The notes beneath the pieces were generated by a model that made no database searches, was not told the origin of the DNA, and was given only the letters and a program-made list of their open reading frames with translations. This document shows, in pieces, positions 37,799 to 47,467 of a stretch of DNA of 64,000 bases (positions within the stretch are counted from its first letter, which is position 1; every line of letters starts with the position of its first letter). A program made the position numbers and the translations under genes. Where the stretch lies: IMG/VR virus record IMGVR_UViG_3300032053_000041, positions 12,229 through 76,228 of that record, one strand, 5' to 3'. The DNA comes from a virus.

Positions 37799-38970
37799 AG
37801 TACGGATCCCACGAACTTCTTCGCCCCGTCAACGGACGTCATGTCCGCGTCGGTCAGGTGGATGTACTCGGAGGCGCGATCCTTGAGGTCACCGTAGAAC
37901 GGCGTGTCGATTGCGATGCTCCACAGGCGGGTTCCCGCTTTACGCATCTCTTCGAGCGCTTCCCCGACACGTGACCCGCCGTCGCCGCCGTCCGAGACGA
38001 GCACGACGTCTGCGCCACGGTGGCCCAGAGCAGCAAGGTTCGCAACCTCGTCCACGCCCACCATGAGAGCGCGGCCAATGTCCGTGCCTCCGTCGAGGAA
38101 TGTGTGCTGCGCTCGCACGACGCCCGCCTTGTCGCCAGGCTTCAGCACGACCGCTTTCGTCGCCGTGCTGAAGTGAACCACGACCACCGCGCGTTTCTCT
38201 TCCCACGCGATGCGGGTCAGAGCGGTCATCGCGGCCTTGGCCCACTCGTCGCGGCTGCCGTTCATGGAGCCCGACTCGTCGAGAGCAATCACGAGCGGTC
38301 CCCGCGACTTCTTGTCGCGACCGGCACGCTCAAACTGCAGCGCTCGGCGCTCGGCGATCTGGCCGAACAGGTGCCGCCGCGTCGGATCCGTGCCGAGCAT
38401 GGCATATTCCTGCGGAAGCAGGACGGCGACGTCGCCGCCCGTCTCCGTGCCGATCACCTCTTCGGGGATACCGGCGACACGCTGCGCTTTCGCGCCCTTT
38501 AGCGCCTGGTACATGCGCCCGGCCAGCATGGCGATCCGACGCATCTTCTCGGGATCGGGGCGCATCTCCTGCACCGCGCGGAGTATGAGCCACGAGCCAG
38601 AGCTATCGGCGCCGAGCCCGTGCTCGATGTGCCCGCCCTGGTCGGCGAGAGCGCGGAACCGCTCCCACCCGGCCTCGGCGATCTTCCGCGCTTCGTAGGG
38701 CGAGCGGGGGTAGCGCGGCGGCACGCCAGCGTCGGCATGTGCCTCGACGTGACACTGCAGAGCGAACGCCGCCGCGATGTCCTCGGTCGCGAGCAGCACC
38801 GCGTATTCCACCGGCATCGTGTCGGCCACGGCCAGCGTGACCATGGCGTCGCCAGTGGCGCCGAGCCCGGTGACTCCGGCATATATCTCGACGGCGAGCG
38901 GTTCGTTCGCGTCGGTGACGATTTCGGCGACCATCGAGTGCCGCCGCTTGGCTTGCTTGAATGTCAGCAT
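37795..38970 (-). CDS. VWA domain protein (ViaA-like)
   Basis: MIDAS DESGSM, GGTD, VSDG. Confidence 0.85.
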   Translation of the reverse strand: MLTFKQAKRRHSMVAEIVTDANEPLAVEIYAGVTGLGATGDAMVTLAVADTMPVEYAVLLATEDIAAAFALQCHVEAHADAGVPPRYPRSPYEARKIAEAGWERFRALADQGGHIEHGLGADSSGSWLILRAVQEMRPDPEKMRRIAMLAGRMYQALKGAKAQRVAGIPEEVIGTETGGDVAVLLPQEYAMLGTDPTRRHLFGQIAERRALQFERAGRDKKSRGPLVIALDESGSMNGSRDEWAKAAMTALTRIAWEEKRAVVVVHFSTATKAVVLKPGDKAGVVRAQHTFLDGGTDIGRALMVGVDEVANLAALGHRGADVVLVSDGGDGGSRVGEALEEMRKAGTRLWSIAIDTPFYGDLKDRASEYIHLTDADMTSVDGAKKFVGSVL

Positions 38971-39049
38971 GTGTCCGTGCCCTTCGTTGCGTTGCGTTGC
39001 GTTTGCAGTCCGCGCCCCGGCTCGAACCGGCGGCGCTTCGTACCCGTTG

Positions 39050-39132
39050 CGGGCTACTCGCTGGATCGTACCGTCGGCACATTCCAGCGAGTAGCCCGGT
39101 CACGGCGGCTGGGAAGCGCCCGCCGTGACCGG
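39050..39132. other. tandem long hairpins between AAA+ and VWA genes
   Basis: 16-bp perfect IR 39050-65/39083-98 and 13-bp IR 39096-108/39120-132. Confidence 0.75.
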
Positions 39133-39142
39133 GGAGAGAGTG

Positions 39143-40324
39143 TTACGGGCGGAGCCCGAGACTGCCGCTCGCTTTGCAGTCGTCATATGCCTGGCTCAGT
39201 TCGAGCAGGTAGCTCTTGGCGCGGTCCTTGACCCGTTGCGGCACCTTGCCGCCGAACCGCGCCTTAATGTCGCGGCCCCCTGCTTCCATCTGGTCGCAGA
39301 GTGCGGACGCTCGCTCGTTGAAGTCCGACTGTCCCTTCGCGGCGTGGTAGGCGTCGAGCAGCCGTTCCACAATCGTGCGAATCTCGCCGATCATGCCCTT
39401 GTTGACGGTGCCGATCGCCGTCTCGACGGCGGGCCTGTCGTCCGGCCGCCGCCAGAGCACATTCCGCAAAAAGTCCACGTGGTCGAGTTCGACCGTGGCC
39501 GACCCGTCGAGCCAGGCGAACGCTTGCAGGATCTTGACGCACTTGAACATGCGCCGGTCGGACACGTAGATCCCGGCGCCTTTCAGTGCATCCTGCACAT
39601 TCAGCAGCGCCTCGAACACGAGCGGATCGAACACGAGGGTTCGGGCGGCGTCATGTGCCGCCGTAATCTCCGCGATGGAGACCGGCTGCAGCCGGATCGG
39701 CTGGCGAGGCACGGCAGCAGCCTCGACGAAAGCGAGCCTCGCGGCCCGCTTCGCAATCGGCTCGACCCAGAACCGGACGAGCAGGCGGTCTTCGAGCGCA
39801 GCCACGCTCTCGTCCTCGCCGAACTCGTTCGAGGCGCCGACGAACGTAATGAGCGGGGACACATAGCCGCCCCGCACGTTCCGCTCATTGAGCCAGCCGA
39901 GCAGCGAGTTGAGAAACCCGCCGCTCGCCTTGAAGCACTCGTCACCGAAAGCGAAGTGCGCCTCAGTGATCTTGCCGTCCGTCTTGTAGACGTAGGCGCC
40001 GTTCGTGAACGCCTGGACGTCCAGGAACGCGAGGTGATCCGCCTCGGTGGACTGGCGGGTGAACAGATCCTCCCGGTACGTGCCGGTGAACTGCGACGCC
40101 CACGTCCGCACCAAGTCAGACTTGGCCGTGCCGGGGGGGCCGACGAGCACGCCGTGCTCTTGCGAGGTGGCGCAGACGTCCAGCGCAACCAAGATGTCGG
40201 CTCGCTCGTGGAACACGGCGGCGATCACCTTGCGGTTGGCGAGCAGACGTCGGCGGACGTCCGCCAGGTCGATGGCGGGGGGCTCGGTGTCGTGAATCAT
40301 GTGCATGGCGCTTCCCAGGGTCAT
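39143..40324 (-). CDS. MoxR/RavA-family AAA+ ATPase
   Basis: GPPGTAKS, FGDECFKA, GASN, ALEDR. Confidence 0.85.
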   Translation of the reverse strand: MTLGSAMHMIHDTEPPAIDLADVRRRLLANRKVIAAVFHERADILVALDVCATSQEHGVLVGPPGTAKSDLVRTWASQFTGTYREDLFTRQSTEADHLAFLDVQAFTNGAYVYKTDGKITEAHFAFGDECFKASGGFLNSLLGWLNERNVRGGYVSPLITFVGASNEFGEDESVAALEDRLLVRFWVEPIAKRAARLAFVEAAAVPRQPIRLQPVSIAEITAAHDAARTLVFDPLVFEALLNVQDALKGAGIYVSDRRMFKCVKILQAFAWLDGSATVELDHVDFLRNVLWRRPDDRPAVETAIGTVNKGMIGEIRTIVERLLDAYHAAKGQSDFNERASALCDQMEAGGRDIKARFGGKVPQRVKDRAKSYLLELSQAYDDCKASGSLGLRP

Positions 40325-40357
40325 GTTCGGGTTTCCGTTCGGGGTGAGGGTTCCGGC

Positions 40358-40771
40358 CTACTTGACCGGGAACAGGGGTACGGCGACGCTCGCCGCTGAG
40401 ATCAATCGGGTCACGGCGACGATTCGGCCGTCCGTGTCTCGGATGGCGCCGTCGGCGGGGCCTGTGCCGGGTGACACGACGTCGCGCCGGTCGACTCGTC
40501 CCGCCACAAGGCCCGACACGATGTAGACCGTGCTTGCATGTGGCGGCGGGAGCCCTTCCACGTCGCCCCACTCGGGGGATCCGTAGATCGGCACGGGGCC
40601 GGTGTCGTCCACAAGCACGCCGGGGGTGCTTGCAACGCGGCACACGGTGCCGTTCGGGGGGATCGTGACGTCGATCCCGTTGCGGCGCAGCACGACGGGG
40701 TGCGGCGTCAGGTTCACCAGGGTACGGCCCTGGCTGGTGGCGGCGGGGTGGAGTGAAGCGGGGTGAGTCAT
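40358..40771 (-). CDS. phage protein of NLTPH type
   Basis: LVNLTPH...YIVS.LV...R.DV..P. Confidence 0.65.
   Translation of the reverse strand: MTHPASLHPAATSQGRTLVNLTPHPVVLRRNGIDVTIPPNGTVCRVASTPGVLVDDTGPVPIYGSPEWGDVEGLPPPHASTVYIVSGLVAGRVDRRDVVSPGTGPADGAIRDTDGRIVAVTRLISAASVAVPLFPVK
40359..40379 (-). promoter_or_regulatory. 21-bp phage promoter-like motif
   Basis: ACCCCTGTTCCCGGTCAAGTA upstream of AAA+ gene. Confidence 0.6.
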
Positions 40772-40776
40772 GGCCC

Positions 40777-40797
40777 TACTTGGCCAGGAACAGGGGT
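40777..40797 (-). promoter_or_regulatory. 21-bp phage promoter-like motif
   Basis: ACCCCTGTTCCTGGCCAAGTA, 5 nt from ATG. Confidence 0.65.
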
Positions 40798-40912
40798 CAT
40801 CGTTTGGCTCGGTTTTGGTCTACGTTACGATAAACGCGGCATTGGGTAACGATAGGACCGGTATCGGTACGATAACTACACTTATGTTAACGTCAGCAGA
40901 ACGGCCCCGGCG

Positions 40913-40933
40913 ACCCCTGTTCCTAGCCAAGTA
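40913..40933 (+). promoter_or_regulatory. 21-bp phage promoter-like motif
   Basis: ACCCCTGTTCCTAGCCAAGTA, 4 nt from ATG. Confidence 0.65.
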
Positions 40934-40937
40934 GGGC

Positions 40938-41534
40938 ATGAACCACCCCGCCGTTTCCGCCGCCCCTGCCGCTCGCCCCGCCCCTCTCGCCCCGTTCGCC
41001 GTCGGCGGACGCATCGTCTACGCCGCCACCGAGGCGGAGGCGGTCAAGCTCCTGGCTCTCCGCCTCCCCATCGAGGCGGCACATGCCGCCAAGTGTGCGG
41101 CGGAAGCGGCGGCACAGGCTGCCAAGGCGGCGGAGCGCAAGGCGGCCCGCAAGGCGGCCCGAGTGGCGGCGGCACATGCCGAGGCCAGCAAGGCGGCGGC
41201 AAGCGCCGCCTTCGACACGGAGTGGGCAGCGCTCCTCTCGGCGGAAGAGCGCCAGAACGCCGCCAAGGCGGCGTCCCTGTACTGGGTGACCGGCGAGGGC
41301 GAGCGCCCCAAGCTCTCGGCGGTGGCCGAGAGCACGTGGAGTGTGCTGGTGGTGGGCCTGCCCCGCCGGACGCTGACGGCCCGCAACCGGCCCGGCTTCG
41401 GTGCCGACGGCAACCCGGCCATCGGCCAGGGTAGCCGCACTCGGCCCGGTCAGAACGTGGGCCTGGCCCACGAGGCGAGCGCCGAGCGGCCCTACGCCGT
41501 GACCTACAACGCCACGGCCCCGGTGGGCCTGTGA
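40938..41534 (+). CDS. Ala-rich hypothetical protein
   Basis: first gene of rightward arm. Confidence 0.55.
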   Translation: MNHPAVSAAPAARPAPLAPFAVGGRIVYAATEAEAVKLLALRLPIEAAHAAKCAAEAAAQAAKAAERKAARKAARVAAAHAEASKAAASAAFDTEWAALLSAEERQNAAKAASLYWVTGEGERPKLSAVAESTWSVLVVGLPRRTLTARNRPGFGADGNPAIGQGSRTRPGQNVGLAHEASAERPYAVTYNATAPVGL

Positions 41535-41543
41535 GCCTCAACG

Positions 41544-41564
41544 ACCCCTGTTCCTCGCCAAGTA
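41544..41564 (+). promoter_or_regulatory. 21-bp phage promoter-like motif
   Basis: ACCCCTGTTCCTCGCCAAGTA. Confidence 0.6.
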
Positions 41565-41599
41565 AGCCGAACGTCAACCCCGAACCGGAGCAACGCAAC

Positions 41600-42745
41600 A
41601 TGTCCAACCCGTCCGACCCCACGTCCACCCCCGGCGAGCAGATCGCCGCTGACGCCGCATCGCAAGGCGGCACGTTGCTGGCCTACCAAGTGGGCCTGCT
41701 CTACCCGAGGTTCCGGGGCGTCCCCCGCGAAGCGCTCGCCGAGGTTTTCGAGCGGCACGACTTCACCCGCATCGCCAAGCGGCTGCGCTCCATCACGGAG
41801 CGGACGGCGCTGGCCCACGTCTGCGGTCGGCCCGGTGACGTGGCCAGCCGTGGCCTGCACATGGTGTCCGTCAAGCAGACGGACGGCGACCATCTGCAGG
41901 CATGGGTGATCTGCAAGGCCGCCGAGGTTGGCCGCGAGGACGTCGAGCACATGGCCGGTGCTCGCGTCTTCTCGTGCCCCGCCGGGATCTTCGCCGCCGG
42001 TCCCGTTGTCGGGGTCGAGGATCCCACGTGCCGTGCCCTCGCTGACGAACTCGCCGCCAGGGCGCAGTTGCTCGCCTCGACGTGCGACACCGCCACGGTG
42101 AGCCGGGCATGTGGCGACGCCTTGGGGCAGGTCACGGCCTACCAGTTTCTCAGCAAGGGCAGCTACATCCTGCGAGCCGGTGACCCCGGCGCGCAGCGGA
42201 TCGCCGCGCTCTACCGGGATCTGCGAGCGTCGTTCTACGACGACGTGCGCCGGGCTGGCCTGCAGGCTGGCGTCGCCGAGGTCATGGGCCACGCCGGGGG
42301 CGGCGGCGGGAATGTGCTCGCCGTGAGCGACGCCATTATCACGGACGCCGAGAAGCAGGTGGCCGCGCTCGAAGCGCAGTGGTCGAAGGACCAGGGCGCG
42401 AAGGGGCACACGCTCGCCAGGCACCGCAACGCGGCACAGGCCGTGCTCGACGGGCTCCGCCCACTCCGCGCTTTGCTCGGCACATCGGCCGACCGCCTGG
42501 AGCGGCTGACCGAGGCACTCGTCAAGGGCTACGGCAACGCCCAGACGGCGGCGGATCTGACGCTGCCCGACTGGGTCCGCGACGAGTGCGAGGCGCTCCG
42601 CGACGCTGGCGCCGATGACGAGCCCGTCACTGGCCCGGCCATCCCGGCGCCGGTTGCGGCGCCCGAGGCGGACGAGGCGCCCGAGGCGCCCGAGGCGCCC
42701 GAGGACGCGGCGGTCAAGAGCCCGTTCGACCTGGACGACATGTGA
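41600..42745 (+). CDS. hypothetical protein with acidic tail
   Basis: 381 aa, PEA repeats, ends SPFDLDDM. Confidence 0.65.
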   Translation: MSNPSDPTSTPGEQIAADAASQGGTLLAYQVGLLYPRFRGVPREALAEVFERHDFTRIAKRLRSITERTALAHVCGRPGDVASRGLHMVSVKQTDGDHLQAWVICKAAEVGREDVEHMAGARVFSCPAGIFAAGPVVGVEDPTCRALADELAARAQLLASTCDTATVSRACGDALGQVTAYQFLSKGSYILRAGDPGAQRIAALYRDLRASFYDDVRRAGLQAGVAEVMGHAGGGGGNVLAVSDAIITDAEKQVAALEAQWSKDQGAKGHTLARHRNAAQAVLDGLRPLRALLGTSADRLERLTEALVKGYGNAQTAADLTLPDWVRDECEALRDAGADDEPVTGPAIPAPVAAPEADEAPEAPEAPEDAAVKSPFDLDDM

Positions 42746-43047
42746 CGGCCACGCGGGCTGACCGCCGCCCCGGATACGCCGGGACGGCGGAAGCCTGCAG
42801 CACATACCGGAGATTCACCATGCACACGACGCACACGACTGAAACAACGCCGCTCGACTTCGAGGCGGCTCGCTCGCTCATCTACAAGCTCGGAGTGCGA
42901 GGCGCCCGCCGCGCCGTGCTTCGCATGGCGTCGCGAACACATGCGCCCAAGGCGCAGCGACGCGCTGCGATCCGCTCGGTCACGGTCTGCGCTGCGACCG
43001 AGTGACGTCACATGCCCCGGCTCGGATTCGAGTCGGGGCGCGGCTCC

Positions 43048-43097
43048 CCGTCGCCCCGTTGGGGGCGCGGCCGGTTCGATCCCGACGCGACGGGCCA
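43048..43097 (+). ncRNA. tRNA-like mini-structure (acceptor stem, T-arm, CCA)
   Basis: CCGTCGC/GCGACGG 7-bp stem, G-CCA end, GCCGG-TTCGATC-CCGAC T-arm; no D or anticodon arm. Confidence 0.4.
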
Positions 43098-43103
43098 CTG
43101 ATG

Positions 43104-43124
43104 ACCCCTGTTCCTGACGAAGTA
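43104..43124 (+). promoter_or_regulatory. 21-bp phage promoter-like motif
   Basis: ACCCCTGTTCCTGACGAAGTA. Confidence 0.6.
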
Positions 43125-43141
43125 CGTCGAAAGGCAATCCC

Positions 43142-43459
43142 ATGAGCAACGACAACACCCGAGACGACGGCGACCAGTTCGCCATGAACGTGACCGACGC
43201 CGTGCTGGCGATCCTTCGCGCCACGGTCGAGCACACCGACGGCCCCGGCCAGGCGCTCTATGCCCTGACGTCGGCGGTCGCCGCGCTGCAGCAGTTCATC
43301 CTGCGGCACGATCCGCAGGCCGACGATCTGATCGTGTCCATGAACAGCGCCGTGGAGAACATGCCCGCCGAGCTTGGCGCGGGGATCTTCGCTCAGGTGC
43401 TCCGCGAGGCGCAGGCCGCTCGTGAGCCGCACCCGACGCGCTTCTACGGGGAGGCGTGA
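43142..43459 (+). CDS. hypothetical protein
   Basis: follows motif. Confidence 0.55.
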   Translation: MSNDNTRDDGDQFAMNVTDAVLAILRATVEHTDGPGQALYALTSAVAALQQFILRHDPQADDLIVSMNSAVENMPAELGAGIFAQVLREAQAAREPHPTRFYGEA

Positions 43460-43611
43460 GCACATGCTGAAAGTAGCCGACAAACATCGCCTGCTCGCCG
43501 CCGCGGGCTTCGAGCCTCCCAAGCGTCGCCCCGGCCCGTTCTCGGGCCACTGGTTCGTCCCTCGCGCGTTCTGTCCCGAGCTTGGAACGACGGGGATCGA
43601 TGAGATCGCCA

Positions 43612-43935
43612 CCGGCAAGATGCTGCCGTTCGACGAGGCGTGGCGGCGCTACGAAGCAAAGGAGAGCATATGACCACCGTCAAGGCACAAGCCGACGTCT
43701 ACCGCATCCCGGTCGGGACGCGCCTCACGGTGCGCTGGTCGTTCAACGGCAAGGTCGCCGCCCGCACGTACCTGCGGAAGCAGGGCACGTCTGCCGTGTT
43801 CGCCACGCCCGAGGGTCGCGACACGTTCCTTAACCTGCGGGGCGCGACGGTCAGTCAGACCGAGCGCGGCTTCAACGTCTCTTGGCCGGGTGACCCCGGC
43901 GCGACTGCCTGCGAGTACACGTTCACCACGGAGGA
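43612..43935 (+). repeat. ~320-bp direct repeat copy 1 (copy 2 at 44464-44786)
   Basis: near-identical sequence encoding MTTVKAQADVYRIP... ORF. Confidence 0.9.
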
Positions 43936-43945
43936 AGGCACATGA
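43670..43945 (+). CDS. hypothetical beta protein (copy 1)
   Basis: RBS GGAG; duplicated. Confidence 0.6.
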   Translation: MTTVKAQADVYRIPVGTRLTVRWSFNGKVAARTYLRKQGTSAVFATPEGRDTFLNLRGATVSQTERGFNVSWPGDPGATACEYTFTTEEGT

Positions 43946-44521
43946 AGTTCACGTTCGTCTACAGTCTGTACGTCACGGTCGACGCACCCGACGAGGACGC
44001 CGCCGAGGAAGCGGTCGAGGCCAAGCTCGACGAGATCGCGCTTCTCCCTCTCGACCATTCCGACTGCTTCCGCAGCGCCCTGGAACACGTCGACACGCTC
44101 ACGGAGGACACATGACCGCGCGTTCGAGTCGCGCCGCGCCGACCTACCGCATCATCCGACTCTTCCGGGAGGACTACCCGCGCAAGCGGCTGCAGGGCGG
44201 CCTGACGCTCGCAGAGGCACAGGCCCACTGCACCGACCCCGAGACGTCCAGCAGCACATGCACCAACGCCGAGGGTAAGCGGCTCACCGAGCAGCGCGGC
44301 CCCTGGTTCGACGCTTACGAGGAGGAGTGAACATGAACGCAGCCGTGGCCGACGTGTACGACTACGACACGAACGACTGCCTGGAGGGCTTCCCGTCCGA
44401 GGCTCTCGTCGAGGCTAGCCGTGCGGCTGATCCGACCGGCGCGGTCGCCGCGTTCTTCGACGTCCGGCAAGATGCTGCCGTTCGACGAGGCGTGGCGGCG
44501 CTACGAAGCAAAGGAGAGCAT

Positions 44522-44794
44522 ATGACCACCGTCAAGGCACAAGCCGACGTCTACCGCATCCCGGTCGGGACGCGCCTCACGGTGCGCTGGTCGTTCAACG
44601 GCAAGGTCGCCGCCCGCACGTACCTGCGGAAGCAGGGCACGTCCGCCGTGTTCGCCACGCCCGAGGGGCGCGACACGTTCCTGAACCTGAAGGGCGCGAC
44701 GGTCACGGCGACCGAGCGCGGCTTCAACGTCTCGTGGCCGGGTGACCCCGGCGCGACTGCCTGCGAGTACACATTCACGGAGGAAAACACATGA
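44522..44794 (+). CDS. hypothetical beta protein (copy 2; in frame with upstream ORF from 44327)
   Basis: duplicate of 43670..43945. Confidence 0.6.
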   Translation: MTTVKAQADVYRIPVGTRLTVRWSFNGKVAARTYLRKQGTSAVFATPEGRDTFLNLKGATVTATERGFNVSWPGDPGATACEYTFTEENT

Positions 44795-45096
44795 GCACAC
44801 GAGCACAGATTCAAGTCGAGGGTTCCAAGGTTCTCGTCTACAAGCACAGCGACGGCTACCCGGACGGGGAGCACGGTGTGCTGGCGTGGCTGACGCCGTT
44901 CGTCGCGAGCTTCATGCAGCGTCGCGGGTTCGATCCGGACTACATGACGGCACGGATCGTCGTGGCGGGCATCGCCAGTGACGGAGCGGAGGCGGACCCG
45001 ACGCTCGGATGGGGCGTCGACACCGAGATCCACGGCGACATCGCGTACCTCTACACGGTGAAGCGCGACGGTTCCATCGACGTCAAGGAGATGTGA
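44791..45096 (+). CDS. hypothetical phage protein
   Basis: MSTRA.I...Y.H.DGYP. Confidence 0.65.
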   Translation: MSTRAQIQVEGSKVLVYKHSDGYPDGEHGVLAWLTPFVASFMQRRGFDPDYMTARIVVAGIASDGAEADPTLGWGVDTEIHGDIAYLYTVKRDGSIDVKEM

Positions 45097-45975
45097 GGCA
45101 CATGAAGCAGTACAAGGTGTGGGTAGAGATCGAGGAATGTGACGAGGAAGCCGACGTCTACGTGACCGTGTCGGCGTTCCCGGTATGTGTCGGCGTGTTC
45201 GGCACGCTCGACGAGGCCGATGACGCCGTCGCGGCGCTCACGGGTCAGAGCACGAAGTGAGCACATGATCGCAGCAATCATCATCGCGGAGATCCGCCGA
45301 GCCGAGCAGGAGGATCGCATCCTGGCCGAGTGCGACGCGCTTGATCTGGCGCTCGCGGAGGCGTTCGCCTTCGACGAGGCAAGCGGCGCGTTCGCCTTCG
45401 ACACGGAGGAATGTGCCGACGAGGACGCCGAGCTTCGCAAGGCCGCGCTCAGCAGGGGGCAGACGTGAGCAAGCTCTGCCCGAAGTGCCTGGGCAACAAG
45501 ATCCCAGGCGTGTTCCGGCAGGACGACTGCACATGCCCTACGGTGAAACAGGTGAACTGGTCCCACGTCAGGGCTCTCCGAGAGGAGGCCGCCGCCGCTG
45601 GCGACGGCGAACAGGTGGCCGTCTGCGACCGCGCGCTTGACGGCGACGAGGATGCTTACCTCGCGTGTGTCGAGGTGATCCGGCACGCCGCCATGAGAGC
45701 AAAGGAAGACACATGAACGCGCACGGCTTCGACTTCCTGATGGGCTGTATCTTCGGCTCCGTCATCATCCCGTGGTTCACGCGCATGTTCACGAACGACG
45801 GATGGCACCTTGCTCCGAGGAAGAAGCCGCCCATCGGCGAGGAAGTGCTCGCGTACATCCCGCGCAGTGGGCGGTACGCGAACGTCGTGTATCGCGGCCC
45901 CGCCGTGGACGGAGACATCCCCGAGAACTGTCACATGTACTGGCGCCCGATGCCGAGACCACCAATGGAGGACAC

Positions 45976-46299
45976 ATGATCATGCAGCGCAACGACGACC
46001 CCAAGACGTTCACCGAGGCGTGCATGAACACGCCCATCGGCGGCCCCGATCCGAAGCGCGTCCTGTGGGCGCACGCAATCAACGACCCCGACGTGCTGCT
46101 CGACTGCCCAGGCACATGCCTGAAGAGCATCGAGCGCGATCCGCAGAGCGGGTACTTTCCGAAGCACCACGGGATCCTCGTGACCTACAGCGAGAAGCTC
46201 GACTACGTGCTCGTTCGCGGGCACTCGTCACCGGTCTCTCCGGCATGTGTCTGGACCGGCACGGTCGCCGAGTACGAAGCCATGTGGAAGGTGGACTGA
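45976..46299 (+). CDS. hypothetical protein
   Basis: RBS GGAGG, ATGA coupling. Confidence 0.5.
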   Translation: MIMQRNDDPKTFTEACMNTPIGGPDPKRVLWAHAINDPDVLLDCPGTCLKSIERDPQSGYFPKHHGILVTYSEKLDYVLVRGHSSPVSPACVWTGTVAEYEAMWKVD

Positions 46300-46600
46300 T
46301 GGACACTCAAGCTGCAGAGCCGCTCCGACTGCTGGCGTTCGTTCGCCCCGAACTGGACCAAGGCCCCGTGCTCTACGCCGAGGGCGAGTGGTCTATGCTC
46401 CTGCGTGGACGCGGCTCGTGGGACATCGGCGACATGAACATGCCGATGCCGCAGCGCATGGGGCTGATGGTGTTCGAGGGCTGGCACGAGACGTCGCCGA
46501 CGGACCCGACCGAGCTTTCGTTCGTCGGCGCGTGGCGCGAGATGACGCACTGGGAACTGTGCCGAGCGCGGTTCGGACTGACGCCGTTTCCGAGCGAATG

Positions 46601-46621
46601 ACCCCTGTTCCTGACGAAGTA
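46601..46621 (+). promoter_or_regulatory. 21-bp phage promoter-like motif
   Basis: ACCCCTGTTCCTGACGAAGTA followed by RBS. Confidence 0.6.
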
Positions 46622-46825
46622 CGGAGAGGAAACCATGACCAAGGTCAAGATGAGTAGGAAGGCAAACGACTGCCTGCGAGCGCTTGTCGCAGAGAAGGCG
46701 CACGCGCAGTTTGGAGCGGAGGAGGCCGCGAGCATCCTCGTGCTCCACGACTCGCTCGTGGACGTCACACCCCTAACAATCGGCAGACTGATCAGGCTGC
46801 CGAGCCCGAAGAAGAGGAGCCCGCG

Positions 46826-47467
46826 GTGAGCAAGAAGAAGATGAAGAAGAAGGCGGCGCGTCGCAAGGCGCGTCCGGTGGACGCTGCCGAGGCCAAGCTA
46901 CAGGTCGAGGTCGCGGAGGTACGTGCCAGCGTCGATGACGAGGCGGCCCCGGTGTGCGCCTTCGCTGGCTGCTACGCCGAGGTGCCGGGCTACGGCGACC
47001 ACTGCGTGAAGCACATGCCGTCGGAACCGCACGTCGTGAGCGATCCGAGCGCCGCCGAAGAGATCGCCGCGAGCGACAACATCGTGATCCGCGAGGCGGT
47101 CGCGAAGCCGAAGTCTGCGCCCTACGTGCCGCCGCCCCCGTGCGAGCGGCCTGTGCTACCGAAGCTGGCCAACCATCCAGACCTTGAGTTCCACACCCCG
47201 CCGGGACGCCGGGGCATGTACTGCGACGTCGCGTTCGCCATGCTGCTGGACGACGCCGACTGCGTCGGCAGCGTCATCGTGCGGCGAGTACAGGATCGTC
47301 TTGCTTCGCAGACCAGCTACATGCTGGCCGGTATCGGCGACCTGGACACGATTCAGGACACCGAGATCGCCAGCCACTACTGGCACGAGGTCACGGACGA
47401 GGAACATGCCAGCATCGCGGCATACGACCCGGACCCTGCGGAGCCGATGCCAATGGAGAACACATGA
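46826..47467 (+). CDS. hypothetical protein
   Basis: 213-aa ORF, coupled. Confidence 0.55.
   Translation: MSKKKMKKKAARRKARPVDAAEAKLQVEVAEVRASVDDEAAPVCAFAGCYAEVPGYGDHCVKHMPSEPHVVSDPSAAEEIAASDNIVIREAVAKPKSAPYVPPPPCERPVLPKLANHPDLEFHTPPGRRGMYCDVAFAMLLDDADCVGSVIVRRVQDRLASQTSYMLAGIGDLDTIQDTEIASHYWHEVTDEEHASIAAYDPDPAEPMPMENT

Noticed and set aside
39125-42805. Long antisense/alternate-frame ORFs (e.g. 39125..40399 +, 41504..42805 -, 53753..55255 +)
   Set aside because: Shadow ORFs expected at high GC; they overlap motif-bearing genes and are Arg/Pro/Gly-biased.
43048-43097. Canonical tRNA gene
   Set aside because: No D or anticodon arm; only 50 nt.
43612-44794. DGR template/variable repeat pair (also 7221/8324)
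   Set aside because: Differences are not adenine-specific and no reverse transcriptase was seen in the window.
45102-47013. Isolated RTGAAGCA at 45102 and ~47006 as cassette sites
   Set aside because: They lack the arm families and clustering; consistent with chance.
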